From positions 18,898 to 82,897 of the forward strand of contig CAVTQD010000006.1 in assembly GCA_963736745.1 (NCBI GenBank): 64,000 nt of DNA, read 5' to 3'. Positions 18,377-30,107 of the stretch are shown piece by piece (the stretch's first letter is position 1; every line of letters starts with the position of its first letter). The notes beneath the pieces are model-generated. The model was given only the letters and a program-made list of their open reading frames with translations, did no database searches and was not told where the DNA came from. Made by a program: the position numbers and the translations under genes. This DNA is from an uncultured Verrucomicrobiae bacterium (GTDB lineage Bacteria; Verrucomicrobiota; Verrucomicrobiia; Chthoniobacterales; JAFAMB01).

Positions 18377-19889
18377 ATGGATGAATCGAACATGCTTGAG
18401 CTTCGAGGCATCACCAAAGAATTCCCAGGGGTGCGCGCAATTGATGACGTCAGTTTTGAGCTTCGGCGGGCCGAGGTGCATGCTGTGGTGGGCGAGAATG
18501 GCGCGGGCAAAAGCACGCTGATGAACATGGTCGGCGGGGTTCTGCAGCCCGATGCGGGCGAGATCTTGCTTGAGGGCAATCCGATTCAGTTTGCAAATGC
18601 GGCTGCTGCGGGCCGCCGAGGGATCGCGGTCGTCTTTCAAGAACTCAGCTTGGTTCCGGAGCTCAGCATCGCTGAAAACATTTTCTTCAATCGACAACCG
18701 GTCAACACTCTCGGTTTTGTCGCCACTGCTCGTCTTTACGCCCAAACCAAAGAACTGCTGAGTTTGTTCAATCTCGCGCTTAAACCCGCACGTCTCGTCA
18801 AAGACCTGTCAATGGGAAACCGCCAGTTGATTGAGGTGCTGAAAGCCATTTCTCTCAAGCCTAAAATCCTCATCCTGGATGAACCAACCTCATCGCTCGG
18901 CGCCGCGGAAAAGGATCTGCTCTTTGCCAATATTCGGCGCATGAAGTCAGAGGGTGTGAGTTTTCTTTATATCTCGCATCATCTTCCTGAGATTTTTCAG
19001 ATTTCCGACCGAGTGACCGTGCTGCGTGATGGCAAACGCGTCGGCACCTTTCCAAACTTCGGAACTTAGCAAAGAATCGCTGGTAAAGCGCATGGTCGGG
19101 CGGGAGTTGACGAACATGTACGGGCAACGAAGGCCGCCAATCGGGGAAATCTGTTTCCGATACGAACGCTTGAATGATCAAAGCGTTGCCCTTGAGCTGC
19201 GAAGCGGTGAAATTCTGGGACTCGCGGGACTAATCGGTTCCGGGCGATCAGAGCTCGCGCAGGAGATCGTAGGTATCGCTCCCAATTCAGCTTCCAGAGT
19301 TTACCTGGATGACCAGGAGTTTAGTTTCAGGCACCCGGCGGAAGCGATTCAGCGCGGTATCGTCTATCTTACAGAAGATCGGAAAGATTCCGGTCTGTAC
19401 CTGTCCATGTCTGTGCAGGAAAACTGCGTGGCGCCTACATTGGCAACTTTTGCGAATTCTTTCGGCTTTCTTTCGGATCGGAAAATCGCCTTGGCTGCTG
19501 GCGCCGCCAAGCGGGATTTTAATATTGCTACTCCCAGCATCCGTAAAGCGGTCTCGCAGCTATCCGGGGGTAACCAACAGAAGGTCCTTCTGGCAATGTG
19601 GATCGGGACAAAGCCGCGCGTGTTGATTGTCGACGAACCAACGCGAGGCGTGGACGTAGGAGCGAAGTCAGAAATTTACCGGTTGCTGCGAGATTTGGCT
19701 GAAGACGGCGTGGCGATTCTGATGATCTCCTCTGAACTTCAAGAAATCCTGGGAATGAGCGATCGAGTAATTGTCTTTCGCGATGGCCGCAAGGTAGCCG
19801 AATACGATCGCAAACAGGCCACTGAAGAGAACCTAATTCTTGCCGCGACCGGGGTGGGGTTGTCCCCGATCCAAGGGAGGGCGGCGTGA
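18377..19889 (+). pseudogene. Sugar ABC transporter ATP-binding protein (two ABC domains), one frameshift
   Basis: ORFs 18377..19069 and 19026..19889 join as ...VLRDGKRVGTF-QTSELSKESLVKRMVGREL, with a one-base insertion near 19049-19054. Walker A GENGAGKST and signatures LSMGNRQLIEV and LSGGNQQKVLLA are present. Confidence 0.85.
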
Positions 19890-20905
19890 AGGGGGGATTG
19901 GAGCCTGCGGTTCAATCCGAAAAGTCGTCCGAAGGTCGCCCTCAATCCGGGTCACGGCAACTGATCGGGCGGCTGACCAATTTCCGGGAGTTCATGATCC
20001 TGGCCATCATCATCTTCGGCTGTGTATTGATGAGCTTTGCGTCTCCGATTTTCATGACGTTTGGGAATTGGTCGGCGCTGCTTCTTCAGGTGTCGGTGGA
20101 ATGCATCGTGGCGATCGGGATGACCATTCTGCTGGTGAGTGGCGGGTTTGATCTATCCGTGGGATCGACATTTGCCTTGGCCGGCGTCGTCACGGCAATG
20201 TCGATCTCCGCTGGAGTGCCGGTCTTTTTTGCCCTTTTATTCGGTCTGGCAGTCGGCGGATTGGTCGGATTGGCCAACGGATTGATCATCGCAAAGATTG
20301 GAATCAATCCTTTCGTTACCACCCTGGCCATGATGAGCATCCTGCGTGGCACTCTTCTCGTAATCACGAGCGGTCGGAATATTTCGGGCCTGCCCGCCTC
20401 CTTCAAAGTTATCGGTCAAGGCAACTTCCTCACGGTACAGAACCCGATCTGGATCGCGCTGATCCTCGTGCTTATAGGCGACATTCTGCTTCGCAAATCG
20501 CGCTTCTTTCGGCAGAACTATTACCTTGGCGGCAACGAGCGTGCCGCGTTTTTGTCCGGTATCCGCGTCGAGCGCCTGAAGATCTTTAATTATGCACTGA
20601 CCGGTATGCTTGCGGCGTTGGCCGGAATCATCATGACCGCTCGACTCGGGACCGCTTCGGTGACGGCTGGAACTGGTCTTGAGCTCGCCGTTATTTCTGC
20701 AGTGATCATTGGCGGAGCCAGTCTCAAAGGCGGAGAAGGAACAGTTCTGGGCTCTTTTCTCGGTTCCTTGTTGATGGGGATTCTCGTGGGAGCCCTGACC
20801 TTGCTCGGCGTCGACGTTTATTGGAACACCTTGGTGATCGGATCCACGCTCCTTATTGCGGTGCTCATCGACAACCTTGGGCGACGAAGGCGCAGTCTGC
20901 AGTAA
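19886..20905 (+). CDS. Sugar ABC transporter permease (CUT2 type)
   Basis: 339 aa multi-pass membrane protein with GGFDLSVGSTFA, NPFVTTLAMMSILRG and ISAVIIGGASLKGGEGT. The GTG start overlaps the ATPase stop (GTGA). Confidence 0.85.
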   Translation: MKGGLEPAVQSEKSSEGRPQSGSRQLIGRLTNFREFMILAIIIFGCVLMSFASPIFMTFGNWSALLLQVSVECIVAIGMTILLVSGGFDLSVGSTFALAGVVTAMSISAGVPVFFALLFGLAVGGLVGLANGLIIAKIGINPFVTTLAMMSILRGTLLVITSGRNISGLPASFKVIGQGNFLTVQNPIWIALILVLIGDILLRKSRFFRQNYYLGGNERAAFLSGIRVERLKIFNYALTGMLAALAGIIMTARLGTASVTAGTGLELAVISAVIIGGASLKGGEGTVLGSFLGSLLMGILVGALTLLGVDVYWNTLVIGSTLLIAVLIDNLGRRRRSLQ

Positions 20906-20970
20906 CACAAGCTTAATCCAAACACCGAAGAAAACGGTTAGACCACAGATTTCAAATTCGGAACTTGGGA

Positions 20971-22659
20971 TTAAAGCTCGAATCGAACAAATGGCAACCC
21001 GCGCAGGAGCTGAGGAATCCAGCGCTTCATGCCGCGTCTGGCCACGGGGTGAAGCCAGGCGCAAGGTGTCCCAGTTCGCGCAATCCGACGCAGAATTTGC
21101 CGCAACCGGATCAAAGTCTCGGCCGGATTTTCCCCTGGATCCGGACTGGCCAGGCCGTCTGAAAAGATTACCAGCCGATCCTTGGGGGCATTTCCTTTGC
21201 GTAATTTTCCGCGATGCAGACAAGTAATCCCTTCTATAATCTGGCTCTTTCCAATGGCTTCCCGCACCAGCTCTAGCGCGTTCTGAAAAGCTGTCGCGGT
21301 CGCATTTCGTGTGGCCCACCGGATTTCCCCTGCGGCAAGGACGACAAGATGAAATCGCCAGGATTTTAGGCGCGACGGCACTCCGGCAAGCACGTTACGC
21401 GCGGCGTCTAGGAACTGATTCATGCCGGTGGAGCGACTCGCATCCAGAAAGCACCAGAAGCTTTCCCTGCTTGGAAGCGAGCGATATTGGAGACGCATTG
21501 GGCCTCCGTTATCGAGCCAGCCGCTTTTGATTGAAAACAGGAGCGTCTCCAGCCAGGCAATTGAACCTCGTGGTTGGACGAAAACCTTGGCGTTTGTTAA
21601 TCGTGCCAGCACGGTCGCAAAATCTGGCGAACTTCCACGGACCCAAGTCAGAAACTGAAAAAACGAATCGGGTTTTAACAAGCCTACGACCTTTGGATCG
21701 GGCCGGGACCCCAGCGGCGCGCTGGACGTTTCTGTCGATCTATTCCCGAACAAAGGCGGGCGCGTAGCCGGAGGGGGCGATGGCGACTTGGGCGGGCCGG
21801 ATTGATCAGTTCGCCGATGCCCAAGGCAAAGGCGCCACGCTTCCTCAATGTCGCGTTCTTCGACTGAACGGCGATCATCGAAAGCAGCCGCACATCGCGC
21901 GGTCCGGACAACGGCCAACTCAGCGCGGAGGCCTTCGAGTTTGAGCTCCCTTCCGTTCGCAGCCACTGTCATTCGTTGATCGTCCGAAACAAGGACCTTT
22001 GTTATTCGCCGCCGCGCGAGTGCAACACGGTCCGCCAATTCAGACACCGACGGCACGAATCCCGCGATAAACCTCTCGGGATCGTCGTCAAAAGCGATTC
22101 GGCGCTTTACTATCTCAACGCGTTGCTGATGATTAAAATCATCCCGAATCAGGACGCCGTGCGCGAACCGGTCAGTGAGCTGAGGCCGAAGATCTCCTTC
22201 ATCCGGGTTCATCGTTCCAACCAGGATATACCGGCTTTCGACAGATCGCGTGATCCCATCGCGTTCCATGCGGTATTGGCCGGAAGCCGCCGAATCAAGA
22301 ATGTAATCTGCGAGATGATCCGGTAGCAGATTGATCTCATCGATGTAAAGGACGCCGCCGTGTGCCTCCTCAATCAAACCGATTCGTCCTGACCATTGCC
22401 TCTTTTCGACAAGAGCCTCGGCGTTCACCGAACCCAGCAAACGATCCTCCGTCGTCCCCAGAGGGACTTCGACAAATGGCGCGGTCTCGGTTGAGACTAA
22501 GCGCAGAACCTCGGCGAATGACCGGACCAATGTGCTCTTCGCACAGCCGCGATGACCGAGAAAGAGCGTACCCCCGATGCGTGGATCGATCGCGTGGTAA
22601 ATCAGCGATTTTTTCGCGTCCTCCATTCCGACAATGGCGGTGAACGGGAACGAGATCAT
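20971..22659 (-). CDS. Chelatase ATPase subunit, ChlI-like AAA+ domain fused to a ChlD-like vWA domain
   Basis: The start MISFPFTAIVGMEDAKKSLIYHAIDP was chosen because its ATG overlaps the cobN stop (ATGA at 22656-22659). AAA+ motifs: GHRGCAKST and VLYIDEINLL. It has a Pro-rich linker and a C-terminal vWA domain with MIDAS-like FLDASRSTG. The upstream part of ORF 20971..22959 is out-of-frame cobN. Confidence 0.8.
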   Translation of the reverse strand: MISFPFTAIVGMEDAKKSLIYHAIDPRIGGTLFLGHRGCAKSTLVRSFAEVLRLVSTETAPFVEVPLGTTEDRLLGSVNAEALVEKRQWSGRIGLIEEAHGGVLYIDEINLLPDHLADYILDSAASGQYRMERDGITRSVESRYILVGTMNPDEGDLRPQLTDRFAHGVLIRDDFNHQQRVEIVKRRIAFDDDPERFIAGFVPSVSELADRVALARRRITKVLVSDDQRMTVAANGRELKLEGLRAELAVVRTARCAAAFDDRRSVEERDIEEAWRLCLGHRRTDQSGPPKSPSPPPATRPPLFGNRSTETSSAPLGSRPDPKVVGLLKPDSFFQFLTWVRGSSPDFATVLARLTNAKVFVQPRGSIAWLETLLFSIKSGWLDNGGPMRLQYRSLPSRESFWCFLDASRSTGMNQFLDAARNVLAGVPSRLKSWRFHLVVLAAGEIRWATRNATATAFQNALELVREAIGKSQIIEGITCLHRGKLRKGNAPKDRLVIFSDGLASPDPGENPAETLIRLRQILRRIARTGTPCAWLHPVARRGMKRWIPQLLRGLPFVRFEL

Positions 22660-25600
22660 TCGAGTTGGCCTTGCAGTTCGAGCAATTTGATTCCAGCGCG
22701 GCAACCGTGTCCTTGTCCGGGCACTCCCATAAGCCGCGTTCAGCCGCTTCCAACAAACGTTCGGTGGCCTCTTCCAGCGCCGCCGGGTTGTGCCGCCGGA
22801 AAAATTTTTTTTGTTCAGAGTCGAGCAAGAGCGCCCAGGCGACCTGCTGATAATGGACATCCTTGATGAGATTGGTCGTCGCCCCGTAGCCGAAGAGGTA
22901 ATCCACGGAAGCGGCCATCTCAAAGGCGCCCTTGTAGCCATGGCGCCGCATCGCTTCAATCCATCGAGGGTTAAGCACGCGACTATGAATCACCCGTACG
23001 AGCTCTTCTTCCAAGGTGCGGACGCTCGGTTGTTCAGGACGGCAGGAATCGCCATGATAAGTCGCGGGAGCACTCCCGCGAAGCTCTTTGACTGCGGCAT
23101 GCAGCCCACCCTGAAATTGGAAATAATCGTCTGAATCAAGAATGTCGTGTTCGCGGTTGTCCTGGTTTTGATGCACCACATCTATTTCGGAGAGGCGCGC
23201 ACGGAAGAGGGCGATCTGCTCGTCGGCCGAACCATCACTATCAAACGCGAATCCGCCCCATCGGCAAAAGACTTCCACTAGATCGCATTTTGACTCCCAA
23301 TTGCCTGCATCCATGAGCGGGAGCAGCCCGGTCCCATAGGCGCCGGGCTCCGAGCTGAAGACTCGGAGAGCAGCGACCCGAGCCGCTTCCTGGCTAGGCA
23401 TTCCTCGTTCAATCGCGATTTGCCGATCTCGCAGCCACGATTCACGGATTGGATTCATCTCGAGAGGCTCATCCTGCTCCGCCAATCTTTTTGGAACGGC
23501 GGCAACCAACCGCATCGTTTCGCCAAAAGCATCACGGAACATTCCTGACACACGCAACAAGACGTCCACACGCGGCCTCCCGAGAAGACCTAAGGGCAGG
23601 ATTCGGAAATCCACAACACGGCCCGACACTTCTTCCCAAACTGGTTCGCATCCCCACAGGCACAAGGCCTGTGCGATGTCATCGCCTCCGGTGCGCATAT
23701 TGGAGGTGCCCCAAACAACCAAAGCAAGTTTACGCGGGTATTCTCCCTGCTCCTGGCGATGCCGCTCCATCAACTGGTGCGCCATGGCTTTGCCGCATTG
23801 CCAGGCTGTCTGTGTGGGAACAGCGCGGGGATCAATCCCAAAAAAGTTTCTCCCGGTTGGCAAGACATCGATTCGACCGCGAGTCGGTGCTCCAGCCGGG
23901 CCCGGGGGAACGAACCGTCCGTTCAGGCCATCGAGCAGATTTTGCAGCTCGTTTTCACACTGAGATAATCTCGGGATCACCTGTCGTAGCACGAACGTAC
24001 GCAATCGCTCTAGATCTTTATCCGGGGAGGTCTGGGCTTCCGGCTCATCTTTGGCCGAATCGCGCGTGAGCGCATCCCCGTCATCCGACGCGGTAGCAAC
24101 AGAGCAACTCCTGCCCTCTGCCGGAGAACACCGCTGCGTTCAGTGCGCGGCGCCGCCGAAAGCAGGAAAGCTCGGCCACGACGGAGCGCGGCTCTCTACC
24201 GCTCTTCAGGATATCGCTTAACCACGTTCGCGCCCTGGCTTCCAACGCATCGCGTTGGGCTGAAGTGAGATCGTCGAGTTTGGGCCCGGACGGGAGCTGC
24301 TCGCATTCTCCATCGGTACGGCTATCTATGCCGCTCGAGTTCAATGCTTCCAGCAACCCTGGCCGGTCCCCGCTGGGAACACGAACCAGGCTCAGCAGAA
24401 AATCGATCTCCCGCTCGCCAGTTGGTCTCTCTCCCAGAACGTGCAAAGCCGACCGAATCTGACTTTCCTTTATATCGCAGAGAAAGCTGCCAATTGCCTC
24501 GATCGACTTGGTGCCATTCGGCAAGTCGTTGCGCCAACTCGAATGCTCCAGCATTTGACGGATTTCGCGCTCAAGCTCGATAGCGCGGCTTGGATAAAGG
24601 CTCAAACAGTGGGCATGTTCTTCGAGCAAGCGCTCCATCTTTTCCAGGTCGCCGTACAATCCGGCCCTGGTCAACGGCGGAGTCAGGTGATCGACAATGA
24701 CGGCAGCGGTTCGCCGCTTGGCCTGAGAGCCTTCTCCAGGGTTGTTGACGATGAAAGGATAGAAATGAGGCAATGGGCCAAGACAAAGCCAAGGATAATC
24801 ATCCCCGCCGAGCGCAACACTTCGGCCGGGTAACCATTCCAGATTCCCATGCTTACCGAGATGCACAACCGCGTGCGCACCAAATGTTTCGCGAATCCAG
24901 AGATAAAAAGCAAGATATTCGGGTGGCGGCGGTAAGGTAGGACTATGGTAGATCGCTTGCGGTTGTAAAGAATAGCCCCTTGGGGGTTGGATCCCAACAA
25001 AGACGTTACCGAGTTGTATACCTGCTCACGGGTACGTTTTCCGCAAAAGCCAACTGCCAGTCCCGGCCAAGCTCATCTCGACGTTTCGGCGGCAATGATC
25101 CGAGAAAAACTTCGAATTTTTCCCGATTCATTTCCTGGTAGCAAGGCTTCCCATAAGATCGCTCGCGATCATTGGTGACTCCCGACTGTAACCAACGCAT
25201 CAACTCTTCGCCGTCTCGCGGGCAAGGTTCTACCAGGTATCCTGCTGCACTCAAACGGGACAACATTTTCACCGTGCTGGCGGGCGTGTCGAGTCCAACA
25301 CCATTCCCGATTCGACCGTCACGATTCGGATAGTTGGAAAGAACAATGGCAAGTCTCTTCTTCGAGGGTGGTACCCGACGCAGTGAAGCCCAATTCTTCA
25401 CCCAATCGGCAACATGACTGATCTGTGAGAAATCAGGCTTTAACCGCTTCAGCGTGAACTCGATTTCCGCGAGCCGTGTCTCCTCCTCCTTAAAACCGAT
25501 CACGGTGCCGAACAGACGACCGTCAATCTCGGGCAGCGCGACGTTCATCGCAGACCTCCGCCGGGGCCAAACCGCCGAGACTGCCGAGCCAGGCCTCCTT

Positions 25601-26453
25601 TGAGCAGAGTGCGACGGGCACTTGCAAGACGGGGCAATCCAGTTCTTCGAAAAATGACATGCGCTCACCGTCATTTAAACAGATCGAAAAACTTTGCATC
25701 ACCACGACGGCATCGGGACGGCATTCTTGCGCTTGAGTCAGGAGCTCAGCCTGCACCGCAGGACTCCTGAGCGACAACGAGTAAAGGCAATGAACCTGCA
25801 ATCCTTTCTCCTCCAGCGCGGAGAACAAGGCGTCCACTACCTCAAGATCGCCGGCCTGCAGCCAGGCCCGATAAAAACAAATCCAGACCATGGCAGTCGC
25901 CGGCCTCGCGGAAGTTTTGTAAATTCCAAATTCCGGCATCGGCACCGGTTCGAGGAGTTCATCGCGATTCGCGAGCAACTGCTCGACACCCTCCGCGGCG
26001 CGGCGAATATTCTCCATGCCGCCGTGTTTGAAGAACTCGAACATTCGCCTGCAGACGGCCGACGGAAAATCGCTTAGCGCAGCCAACTCTTCCTCGTCCG
26101 ATCCTGTCCCGGAAAAAATCAAGAATTTCGGGCGGACAGGCTCTTCTTTCAAATCCAACAGTCCCTGGATGAAGTGAGCAAAATAAGCTTGTCCACCCAA
26201 CAGCCGGGCGACGATCAGCTTTGATTTCCGCACGACCGTCTCAATGTAGTGATCGGCCGCGACCGGCTGCCGAAGCGAAAAGGCGTTAGCAATCCGCAAC
26301 CGATTGCCAAAACGCTGGACGCCATACGGAAGAGACGCACGAAAGATCGGTATCGGCAGCGCTGAGGAAAACAATCTCGCCTGGGGTTTGATCGATGAGG
26401 ATCAACTCCCGCTCAGCGTCCAAGCAACCAGGCTGTGCGGATGTCCAATGCAT
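22656..26453 (-). pseudogene. cobN: Cobaltochelatase large subunit CobN, at least 5 frame changes
   Basis: Fragments are ORFs 25523..26374, 25006..25674, 24081..24866 and 22370..24004, plus unlisted pieces. I recovered the N-terminus MHWTSAQPGCLDAERELILIDQTPGEIVFLSAADTDLS (ATG at 26453) and the C-terminus ...IKLLELQGQLE (TGA at 22656). Conserved blocks: GNVFVGIQPPRGY, VVHLGKHGNLEWLPG, DVLPTGRNF, HRVLNPRWIEAMRRHGYKGAFE. The shifts lie near 26340, 25553, 25024, 24080-24150 and 22690. Confidence 0.85.
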
Positions 26454-26502
26454 AGTGCGTACGGAATCGCGAAGCAGGCGAAGCGTCCCGGCTTTGCACT
26501 CT

Positions 26503-27681
26503 TCAAAGCGTGCAAATGCGAAACGGTTCGCCTACCTCCAATCGGTACTTGGTTAATTCCTCATTAAATGCCGTGATCTGATCGCGGCGAGGATGGTATC
26601 CGATAACGACCAAAGTTGAATGCGACTCGTCGGATTGCTTTTGCTCGAAGTAGGTTTGCACCCGGTTACGTACAGCCTGCACGACCAGCCGATGACGCTT
26701 GCCTTCGATCGAAACAAAACCCTTTGCCCGCAGAATTGGCTGCTGCAGAGTCATTTCGCGCACCGCTGCTTTCAATTTTTCTGCGTCTTGCGGGTCGTCG
26801 CTCGCGAGCACGAAAGATTGCCAGCCGGTGTCATGCTCATGAAAGTGCTGATGAGTACGTTCGCCATGTTCGTGTGCGCCGAGCCCGGTATGAGAGTGGC
26901 CATCAAACTGTCCCTGGTCTTCGAGTGGCCGATCCGATTCCGCTCGGCATCTGTTGTACGGGGCCGTGATGATGTTCGTGCACGATGTGCAGGCCCTCCT
27001 GCACGAGTTCATCATGCAAATTTAATCCCATGACACAGACGGGTATCGAGTTCCGCATGGTGAGCAAGTTCGAGGAACCGAACTTTCGGGGCCTTTTGGC
27101 GCACCAGTTCTTCCGCTTTCATGAGAGAGTCTTCGGTCAGATCGTCGATCTTATTGAGAACCACTACGTCCGCGTTTTCCAACTGTTGGTTCAAGATGAG
27201 GTCCACCGACGCGGCATGTTGCGGGGCCTGCGGCAGCATCGACCCCGGGTATCGGCTTTCCGCTTTCGAGACTGCCACCAAGCAGCTGCGGTGTATCGAC
27301 GACGGTAAGCACAGCATCCAGTTGAAAATCATTTCGGATCTCTGGCCATGCCAAGGCTCGCATCACCGGCGTTGGTAACGCTAATCCGGAGGTCTCGATC
27401 AGGACATGGTCGATTTCGTGCGTCCGGCGCTGGAGTTGCTTCATCACCGGCAAAAAGTCATCCTTGATGGTGCAGCAGATGCATCCATTTGGCAGGTCGT
27501 GAATTTCGGCTCCATGCTCCTGCCCAGCCGCGCGCAGCAGAGTGCCGTCGATAGAGACTTCCCCGAACTCGTTGATGAGTACTGCCAAACGACGATCTGG
27601 AATCTTTTTCAGTAACCCGCAGATCAGAGTGGTTTTGCCGGAACCGAGGAATCCGGTGACGATCGTTACTGGTATTTTCAT
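26503..27681 (-). pseudogene. cobW: CobW / COG0523 metallochaperone GTPase, about 3 frame changes
   Basis: VTIVTGFLGSGKTTL, CICC and LIETSGLALP come from ORF 27151..27681. ENADVVVLNKIDD is in ORF 27012..27332. A His-rich linker and C-terminal domain (ILRAKGFVSIEGKRHRLVVQAV) are in ORF 26503..27015. An extra piece, VMGLNLHDELVQEGLHIVHEHHHGP, sits in a third frame near 26960-27030. Confidence 0.8.
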
Positions 27682-29352
27682 AGTGGATGTCTTTTAACCG
27701 CGAATGCACACGAATTGAACACGAATAATACCGCTTTTGAATCTGATTCCGCTTCGCGTCCATTCTGTTTTTCAAATCTGCAGGGACGAACTGGGGCCGA
27801 GCAACTGCTGCAACTGTTAACTACTGTTTCGAAATCATTAGCAACGATCGGATAGTCGACTTGGGGTCGCTCCACGACGATAGCTGGGATTCCAAGCAAA
27901 TAGGCCGCTTCGGCCTTCGCCAGGAAACCGCCAGCTTCGCCGGACTCCTTGGTAACAACACAGTCGATCCGCCAATTTCTCCAGAGCACTTCGTCGAACT
28001 CTTTCAGAATGGACCCTGCATCGCGCAGATGTTCGCCCGAGGCACTCCAAGGTTCAGCGCGCGTTCCAGGGAATCGGGTTCCGGCATTATCCGCACATAC
28101 CACTCGGCAACGAGATGCTCCTTCATGCTTGAGAAAAACGGGCAGTTCTTTCGCACCCGTAGCTAAAAAGATACGGCTTCCTCGGGCAATCGATTCCGCC
28201 GCGGCTTCCCTTACGGTTTTGCAGAAAACGGCAGGATACGAACTAATCGCAGGAGGGCGCTCATACCGCAGGTAAGGAATCTTGATCTCTTCTGCAAGCT
28301 GCATCAGTTGGGAAGAAATCGCGGTCGCGAATGGATGCGTTGCGTCCACAATGGCCCGAGCACCGGAATTCACAAACTCGCGCCGGCGAGCTTCCACACC
28401 CATTCTTCCCGATCGTACCGTGATTCCAGGCAGACATTCAGAAACGATTTCACGGCCGTATTCGGTGGCCGTGGATACAATGATGTGATAGCCGGTTTCA
28501 GAAAGCTTTGACGCCAGGGCATTGCCGTCACTTGTTCCCGAAAAGACCCAGACCGGGGCATCGAATGAGCGTCTCGGCGTTTCGGCGTTTCGGCGTCCGC
28601 CCCCGGCCTCGTTCCAAGCCCGGTAACCGCGCGGCGTGAAAATGAATTCACGCTTCCGCTGCGTAAACCGGTTGCCGACAATAATTGTAGTCAGCATGTC
28701 GAACCTGCGTTCGAGCAACTCGGCCAAGGTGCAGATGTAAGATTCCTGACTCGCCCGATAACCGTTACGGACGACGCCGCACCAGGTCGTCGCGGCTTTG
28801 TCTTCCAGGAAGAGGCGAAGGATCCGGTAAACGCCTTCTTGTCGAGTTTTGCTTTGAACATTGTACAGTGCGACAACCAAGTCTGCCTGTGCCAATTGGC
28901 GAGCCCGGTGCTCTATCCAGTCCCAAGGGCAAAGCAGATCGGAAAGAGATAGACGTTGCAAAATCGTGCGACAACGGTGAGCCAAGCAAAGAGGCACAAC
29001 TTGTAGCGGCGGAAATCCCGGGAATGACGCTTAACTCGAACGTATCTTCCTCGGCCATTTCCTCAAGAACGAGCGCGGCCATTCCATAGACTCCAATATC
29101 GCCGCCCGAAACGAGACTCACAACGCGTCGGTTTCGCGCATGCTCGATGGCCAAGGACGCTCGTTCGCGTTCATGTGTCAGCGCATAGGCATGAACCGCC
29201 TTGCCGTCGATCCACGGTTTTATCCAGGTCAGATAAAGTTCGTAGCCGACGACCACCTCGCTGGCACGCAGCGCAGTTTCGGCGAGCGGGGGAATCAGCT
29301 CGGCCAAGCCCGGGCCTACCGAAACAAGTTGAAGCTTGCCTCTGGGCCTCAT
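27678..29352 (-). pseudogene. Fusion of precorrin-3B C17-methyltransferase (CbiH/CobJ) with precorrin-6x reductase (CbiJ/CobK), about 3 frame changes
   Basis: The CbiH part is MRPRGKLQLVSVGPGLAELI...SLVSGGDIGVYGMA...IPGISAATS, then ...SLSDLLCPWDWIEHRARQL after a shift near 28955. The CobK part is VWVFSGTSDGNALA...VDATHPFA...IDCVVTKESG. The conserved WYVRIMPEPDSLERALNLGVPRANICAMQGPF is out of frame between about 28125 and 28000. Confidence 0.8.
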
Positions 29353-30107
29353 AAGCCCGGAGCCTCCTCGACGATAGCCACCGCAACACCGTTCGAGGCT
29401 GTTTTTGGAAGAATGAGTCGTCCGCGAAAAGTCGCGAGCAGAGCACACGGCTCACACACTCCATCGACGCCGACCTTTTCGCGCACCCAAGCTGAAGCAT
29501 TCGTGACCCATGGCCGCTCACGAATCAGCGTTCGCGAAATAACTCTTAATGGCACGCATTCTCGCTCGCACCACTCCAAAATGCCACGCTCTTCTCCCTT
29601 GAGATCGACGGTTGCAATTTCACGGATTTCAGCTTGCGTTCGGGACACCTTCAGGAGGGCCTGGCGGACCGCTGCGTCGATATGATCAGCTCGAATCCCT
29701 TTGCGGCACCCAATCCCGACGACAAGCGGCTTGAGCGCTTCGGTAGCAGTCGTGACGACCGGCACAGCTCCAGTTAAATTCGCGACGCGGTAAGCCAAAA
29801 AATTCGCCCCACCTTCGTGACCGCCCAGCAGGGAAACCGCAAACCGGCAACCTTCATCAATCACAACCACGCCTGGATCAGTTTTTTTGTCCTTGATCGA
29901 TCCTTCGAGATAACGAACGGCGATACCTGTCGTCATGACAAGAACCCATTGCCGGTAAGCGGCGAACTGAGATTTAAACGCGTCGCGATTGGTTTCGCGG
30001 CCGCTATAGTTCAGACCGCCGAGGTGACCTCCGAGCTTGACCTCAAGGTATCGCCCGAGTTCCTCCGCTTCCTTCCGAACAACCCAGATTCCAATCGCCG
30101 AAATCAT
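29349..30107 (-). CDS. cbiG: Cobalamin biosynthesis protein CbiG (cobalt-precorrin-5A hydrolase)
   Basis: 252 aa, apparently intact: VLVMTTGIAVRYL, VVVIDEGCRFAVSLLGGHEGGAN, VVGIGCRKG, IATVDLKGEE. ATGA overlaps are present at both ends. Confidence 0.8.
   Translation of the reverse strand: MISAIGIWVVRKEAEELGRYLEVKLGGHLGGLNYSGRETNRDAFKSQFAAYRQWVLVMTTGIAVRYLEGSIKDKKTDPGVVVIDEGCRFAVSLLGGHEGGANFLAYRVANLTGAVPVVTTATEALKPLVVGIGCRKGIRADHIDAAVRQALLKVSRTQAEIREIATVDLKGEERGILEWCERECVPLRVISRTLIRERPWVTNASAWVREKVGVDGVCEPCALLATFRGRLILPKTASNGVAVAIVEEAPGL

Noticed and set aside
20237-21319. A 360-aa minus-strand ORF
   Set aside because: Most of it is antisense to a clear ABC permease (19886..20905), and the rest is out of frame with the chlI-D gene. 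Its composition is low-complexity Arg/Ser/Gly-rich, so it is a shadow ORF.
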